64,000 nt of DNA from Escherichia coli. Its GTDB lineage: Bacteria; Pseudomonadota; Gammaproteobacteria; Enterobacterales; Enterobacteriaceae. The stretch is from the NCBI RefSeq assembly GCF_003334815.1, contig NZ_QOWO01000002.1, one strand, 5' to 3'. Positions within the stretch are counted from its first letter, which is position 1. Each line of letters begins with the position of its first letter. A program made the position numbers and the translations under genes. This document shows, one piece after another, positions 61,275-64,000 of the stretch. Below the pieces are notes generated by a model. It saw only the letters and a program-made list of their open reading frames with translations, was not told the origin of the DNA and did no database searches.

Positions 61275-64000
61275 TGATTGAACGCGGTAAATTTCGCTCA
61301 CTGACGCTGATTAACTGGAACGGCTTTTTTGCCCGAACTTTTGACCTTGACGAGCTGGTCACGACGCTTTCTGGCGGTAACGGGGCGGGTAAATCCACCA
61401 CCATGGCGGCGTTCGTTACGGCGCTGATCCCCGACCTGACCCTGCTGCATTTCCGTAACACTACGGAAGCCGGGGCCACCAGCGGTTCGCGCGATAAAGG
61501 TCTGCACGGTAAGCTGAAAGCGGGTGTCTGTTATTCGATGCTCGACACCATTAACTCGCGCCACCAGCGCGTGGTGGTCGGTGTGCGTCTGCAACAGGTT
61601 GCCGGACGCGATCGTAAAGTGGATATCAAGCCGTTTGCCATTCAGGGACTGCCGATGTCGGTGCAGCCGACACAGCTGGTGACCGAAACCCTGAACGAAC
61701 GCCAGGCGCGCGTGCTGCCGCTTAACGAGCTGAAAGACAAGCTCGAGGCGATGGAAGGCGTGCAGTTTAAACAGTTCAACTCCATTACTGATTACCACTC
61801 GCTGATGTTCGATCTGGGCATCATCGCGCGTCGTCTGCGCTCCGCATCTGACCGTAGCAAATTCTATCGTCTGATCGAAGCTTCGCTGTATGGCGGGATC
61901 TCCAGTGCCATTACCCGTTCTCTGCGCGACTACCTGTTGCCAGAAAACAGCGGCGTGCGTAAAGCGTTCCAGGACATGGAAGCGGCGCTGCGTGAAAACC
62001 GTATGACGCTGGAAGCGATTCGTGTCACCCAGTCGGACCGCGACCTGTTTAAGCATCTGATCAGCGAAGCCACCAACTACGTGGCGGCGGACTACATGCG
62101 TCACGCCAACGAGCGCCGTGTCCATCTCGACAAAGCCCTGGAGTTTCGTCGCGAGCTACATACTTCGCGTCAGCAACTGGCGGCTGAGCAGTACAAACAC
62201 GTCGATATGGCGCGTGAGCTGGCAGAGCACAACGGTGCCGAAGGCGATCTGGAAGCGGATTATCAGGCGGCCAGTGATCACCTGAACCTGGTGCAAACCG
62301 CACTGCGTCAGCAGGAGAAGATCGAACGCTACGAAGCGGATCTCGATGAGCTGCAGATCCGTCTGGAAGAGCAAAATGAAGTGGTGGCAGAAGCCATCGA
62401 ACGCCAGGAAGAGAATGAGGCTCGTGCGGAAGCTGCCGAACTGGAAGTGGACGAGCTGAAAAGCCAGCTTGCTGACTACCAGCAGGCGCTGGACGTCCAG
62501 CAAACGCGCGCGATCCAGTATAACCAGGCGATTGCTGCGCTTAATCGTGCCAAAGAACTGTGCCATCTGCCGGACTTAACCGCCGACTGCGCCGCCGAAT
62601 GGCTGGAAACCTTCCAGGCGAAAGAGCTGGAAGCGACTGAAAAAATGCTCTCTCTTGAGCAGAAAATGAGCATGGCGCAAACCGCGCACAGCCAGTTTGA
62701 GCAGGCTTATCAGCTGGTGGTGGCAATCAACGGCCCACTGGCGCGTAACGAGGCGTGGGATGTCGCTCGCGAACTATTGCGCGAAGGGGTCGATCAGCGT
62801 CACCTGGCAGAGCAGGTTCAGCCGCTGCGGATGCGATTAAGCGAACTGGAACAGCGTCTACGCGAGCAGCAAGAAGCTGAGCGTCTGCTGGCAGATTTCT
62901 GCAAACGTCAGGGCAAGAATTTTGATATCGACGAACTGGAAGCCCTGCATCAGGAACTGGAAGCACGCATTGCCTCTCTTTCCGATAGCGTGTCTAACGC
63001 CCGTGAAGAGCGCATGGCACTGCGCCAGGAGCAGGAACAGCTGCAGTCTCGCATTCAGAGTTTGATGCAGCGTGCGCCGGTTTGGCTGGCAGCGCAAAAC
63101 AGTCTCAACCAGTTGAGCGAACAGTGCGGCGAAGAGTTTACCTCCAGCCAGGACGTCACCGAATATCTGCAACAGTTGCTGGAGCGTGAGCGAGAGGCGA
63201 TTGTTGAACGCGATGAAGTGGGCGCGCGCAAAAACGCCGTCGATGAAGAGATCGAACGTTTAAGCCAGCCTGGCGGCTCTGAAGATCAGCGTCTGAACGC
63301 GCTGGCGGAGCGTTTTGGTGGTGTGCTGCTGTCAGAAATTTATGACGACGTTAGCCTGGAAGATGCGCCGTACTTCTCAGCGCTGTATGGCCCGTCACGC
63401 CACGCCATCGTGGTGCCAGATCTGTCACAGGTAACTGAACACCTGGAAGGCTTGACCGATTGCCCGGAAGATCTCTATCTGATCGAAGGAGATCCGCAGT
63501 CATTCGATGACAGCGTGTTCAGCGTTGATGAGCTGGAAAAAGCGGTAGTGGTGAAAATCGCCGATCGTCAGTGGCGTTATTCACGTTTCCCGGAAGTGCC
63601 GCTGTTTGGTCGTGCTGCGCGTGAAAGCCGTATTGAAAGCCTCCATGCCGAGCGTGAAGTGCTTTCCGAACGCTTCGCCACGCTCTCCTTTGATGTACAG
63701 AAAACTCAGCGTCTGCATCAGGCGTTCAGCCGCTTTATCGGCAGTCATCTGGCGGTTGCGTTTGAGTCTGACCCGGAAGCAGAAATCCGTCAACTGAACA
63801 GCCGTCGCGTCGAACTGGAGCGGGCGTTAAGTAATCATGAAAATGATAACCAGCAGCAGCGTATTCAGTTTGAGCAGGCGAAAGAGGGCGTTACGGCGCT
63901 GAACCGCATTCTGCCGCGTCTCAACCTGTTGGCTGATGACAGCCTGGCGGATCGCGTCGATGAAATCCGCGAACGTCTGGATGAAGCCCAGGAAGCCGCG
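61274..64000 (+). CDS. mukB: Condensin SMC-like ATPase MukB, 3' end truncated by window edge
   Basis: Frame from ATG 61274 (TAATG overlap with mukE stop) reads [19 protein letters not shown]...GGNGAGKST (Walker A) then long coiled-coil; open to window end. Confidence 0.93.

Overview
This window reads as a contiguous Enterobacteriaceae (Escherichia coli K-12-like) core-chromosome segment running ybjD through mukB, with about 50 protein genes, one tRNA-Ser and no obviously novel multi-gene system. Gene order is ybjD-ybjX-macAB-cspD-clpSA-[mini CRISPR]-serW-infA-aat-cydCD-trxB-lrp-ftsK-lolA-rarA-serS-dmsABC-ycaC-ycaD-ycaM-ycaN-ycaK-pflA-pflB-focA-ycaO-ycaP-serC-aroA-[IS4]-ycaL-cmk-rpsA-ihfB-ycaI-msbA-lpxK-ycaQ-ycaR-kdsB-ycbJ-elyC-cmoM-mukFEB. 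Identifications rest on recognisable protein sequences in the supplied six-frame track, motifs and synteny; no database search was run. Three things stand out from an otherwise ordinary region. First, a complete 1426-bp IS4 element (insG transposase, imperfect 18-bp terminal inverted repeats, 13-bp target-site duplication) sits in what reconstructs as the aroA terminator hairpin, between aroA and ycaL. Second, aat (Leu/Phe-tRNA-protein transferase of the N-degron pathway) carries an in-frame TAG at codon 49 and is therefore a probable pseudogene, unless it is a sequencing error or the strain suppresses amber. Third, a two-repeat, one-spacer orphan type I-F CRISPR remnant lies between clpA and serW with no cas genes in the window. 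Other features are expected ones: Rho-independent terminators, a REP element, the 39-bp-period repeat in the FtsK linker, and an FNR-type site upstream of focA-pflB. Several long ORFs antisense to highly expressed genes (pflB, rpsA, dmsA, ftsK) were judged non-coding.
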